Positions 57,901 to 58,824 of a DNA stretch of 58,824 nucleotides are shown piece after piece. The DNA is from Candidatus Kapaibacterium sp. (lineage in GTDB: Bacteria; Bacteroidota; Ignavibacteria; Palsa-1295): assembly GCA_017882165.1 (NCBI GenBank), contig JADGPZ010000004.1, positions 1 to 58,824 on the forward strand. Direction: 5' to 3'. A program made the translations under genes and the position numbers. Every line of letters begins with the position of its first letter. Position 1 is the first letter of the stretch. The notes beneath the pieces are model-generated. The model did no database searches. It was not told the DNA's origin and saw nothing but the letters and a program-made list of their open reading frames with translations.

Positions 57901-58253
57901 TCTGGTAACGCTGTTGCGCCCGAGCCAAGTGCGAGATTGAACACGCCGTGCGCGACCGGCACCTTGTAGGTGTCGCGCCAGACTTCTTTGACTCCATACA
58001 CATCACTGTAAATGCGCATGGTGATGGAGTACTCGCCATCGGTGATGGCGGTTCCGTCGGTGTTTGCCAGTACGCCCTGGTAACTGATGGTGCGCGGCGC
58101 AGTGGATGAGCGATCATCCACCGTGGATGAGCGATCATCCGCTGTCGCAGGGACCGCTTGCGCTCTGAGCGATTGTACCGCCCACGGTGCGCTCGAACCC
58201 AATACAACCATGGCCGCTATCATTAGCGCCACCGATTTGATGCAGTTTTTCAT
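54996..58253 (-). CDS. large secreted tail-fibre-like/adhesin protein (paralogous N-module, Gly/Thr-rich beta-helix-like body, internal duplication)
   Basis: The ATG at 58253 gives signal peptide MKNCIKSVALMIAAMVVLGSS…RAQA. The N-module aligns with the 46509-49166 product. SLGSLSHRWMDLYL is a tail-fibre-like motif. The protein ends …GWKLLFLF. Confidence 0.85.
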   Translation of the reverse strand: MKNCIKSVALMIAAMVVLGSSAPWAVQSLRAQAVPATADDRSSTVDDRSSTAPRTISYQGVLANTDGTAITDGEYSITMRIYSDVYGVKEVWRDTYKVPVAHGVFNLALGSGATALPEASAMDQPLWLSMQVGDQPELKPFSAMTASAYALNVADKSISANKISADYVKSITLNGQTVSGNGKDVNIQTGDGVVASLDPATNTILLKGGNASLQGAKGGEVQGNTTISGSLTVTGSTFLGSSSAGTYVYGVLTASKDILPVSDNTQSLGSLSHRWMDLYLGGGTLKMIDGSTMTQLKNTGGTVTLSVTSGGVTTDPLTMTTDGVTTTGTQTTTGPITSGNSIVIDGTATPRFINSDAGLDVYCLTAGTGVAGGAISILAGTGGPGGGMAGGNLTLTSGAQGSGGGSTDGDIILKTGGASGTTWMTFNHATGPDMNSHQIHSVTDPSSAQDAATKNYVDNTDAVAVAVSVILAPNGSTRNVIQPTGAAVVPLKIKGYSGQSAHLQDWENSSTTVLAAIDQNGAATTAGLDAGSGTITTTGTTHGANLTLSPLTSSVGITIGSGSTGNDITGNSWHVAHSGAITSTGLDAGSGLIMTSGWIITTGTGGITSAGLLTTNNGLTVTSGTVTLPAASIADAALSSNVALLNGGQTFSAGLTINSGLTLGTQLSVANGGTGATTLTGVLHGNGTSAISASNVNLTSDVTGTLPVAYGGTGATTLTLNTVLFGNGTSAVQAVPVNASATNMFLTQSSSGAPAWSALVAGDIPTGSGNYIQNQSAGAQGPASYWITGSGQVGTTLTAGGNINTTGGALQTAGTTRIDNSGNASLGLVNSFGLQTNSIMRIGANGEGTFTTLTANVHTDATGVYTFDASGAHDFLVIETKDVALDADVLILPTATTGRIVAIKFTGTAATLAVTNPYGAKIEGSAPPFTISPTDQHLITLMCDGTDWWIVGSGQVGTTLTVAGNINTTGGALQTAGATRIDNSGNASLGTITAGNVLTQKSSNLTIVNAHGLYTLDGTSNLYELVGAPGTNEGVALPTGSAGQIIHILNSSGSTQTINGVARANGVGVAYGQFSTAGWKLLFLF
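58102..58140. repeat. two tandem copies (21-nt period) of palindrome GTGGATGAGCGATCATCC(AC) inside the adhesin CDS
   Basis: 58102-58121 and 58123-58140. Translated on the minus strand as DDRSSTVDDRSST, right after the signal peptide. Confidence 0.95.
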
Positions 58254-58551
58254 AAGTAAATTAAAGAAGAAAGTAGCAGCCGCGTCACTCCATAAGGACA
58301 AAAAACCAAATTATAGGTGGGGAACAGCCCAACCCGGTGGCGACGGACTTTCAAATATACTACAAAAAACTGGGTGTCCAATGAATTTTCCATAAGAAGG
58401 GCCGCCGTGACCCGGATAGGCCATGTGGATTAGCGATCGGCCATCTCCGCCCGGAGTGCTATGAGATTTCGCCCCTGAGGGCCGGGTAGTGATTTCGTGT
58501 GTAGTTTTGTGAGGAATCACTTGGAGCTATGATGTTGAATCACCATGCTCA

Positions 58552-58570
58552 GTGGATGAGCGATCATCCA
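58552..58570. repeat. intergenic copy of GTGGATGAGCGATCATCCA
   Basis: Exact 19-mer. A degenerate copy TGGATTAGCGATCGGCCA lies near 58425-58442. Confidence 0.9.
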
Positions 58571-58611
58571 TCCCGATCATTAATGAGAAATATGAAAAGA
58601 CTGGGCTTCGT

Positions 58612-58638
58612 GTGGATGAGCGATCATCCACTTTTGAC
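58612..58638 (+). terminator. copy of GTGGATGAGCGATCATCCAC followed by TTTTGA (terminator-like)
   Basis: 7-8-bp stem TGGATGA-gcg(a)-TCATCCA plus a T tract on the plus strand. Confidence 0.4.
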
Positions 58639-58824
58639 CTCCTCTATCGTCTCGAGAATCGTATCGAGCCAAGGCACGCGCCTACGCTGGGCGCTGGCCG
58701 TCGTATCCTGCGCGTGCCAAGCGTGGGCGCCGGCCTCGGTGCAGGCACAGCCCTCGACCGATAGCCTCATCAATCACTCGCTGAACTACGTCGATTATCC
58801 GGCGTTCGTCCGGCACGGCGAGTT
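58616..58824 (+). CDS. possible 5' end of a secreted protein running off the right edge (partial)
   Basis: Open frame from ATG 58616 to the window end: …TRLRWALAVVSCACQAWAPASVQAQPSTDSLINHSL…, which has a signal-peptide-like segment with AxA sites. The start codon is not resolved. Confidence 0.3.
   Translation, partial: MSDHPLLTSSIVSRIVSSQGTRLRWALAVVSCACQAWAPASVQAQPSTDSLINHSLNYVDYPAFVRHGE

Noticed and set aside
58102-58631. CRISPR array formed by GTGGATGAGCGATCATCCAC
   Set aside because: There are only four or five copies, spacing is irregular (21, about 128 and 60 nt), two copies are inside a CDS, the repeat is only 19-20 nt, and no cas genes are present.

Overview
A 58.8-kb, moderately GC-rich chromosomal segment (composition judged by eye). 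It probably comes from an FCB-group bacterium (Bacteroidota/Ignavibacteriota/Chlorobiota-like): at least four secreted proteins end in T9SS-type C-terminal sorting domains, and a PorX-type response regulator is present. Most genes are housekeeping: topA-ispF, recO, secD-secF, purA, tldD-pmbA, PBP1A, glyQS, tsaE-tsaB, ctpA, ugd and uxs. I found no rRNA, tRNA, CRISPR array, transposase or integrase. The accessory content has three parts. (1) The right-hand 12 kb holds a 1172-aa DUF4062-like/STAND P-loop/TPR protein. It sits between two tail-fibre-like surface proteins that share an N-terminal module but have different C-terminal modules, next to a sigma region-4-only HTH protein, and the insert splits a UDP-xylose gene pair. 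(2) There are two small toxin-antitoxin modules (ParE-like pair and MNT-HEPN), a GxxExxY gene lying in the loop of a perfect 37-bp inverted repeat, and a collapsed ABC-transporter remnant. (3) Short hairpin repeats are unusually dense. Arrays of 7-nt or 9-nt units occur as direct copies followed by inverted copies right after stop codons. A GC-rich palindromic element is inserted in frame into three unrelated housekeeping genes (tldD, tsaE, a kynureninase-like gene). A 19-20-nt palindrome is present both upstream of and inside a coding region. The best candidate for a new biological system is the DUF4062-STAND-TPR locus. The in-frame palindromic elements and the periodic hairpin arrays are the most unusual sequence-level signals. 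All family assignments rest on motif recognition by eye; no searches were run.
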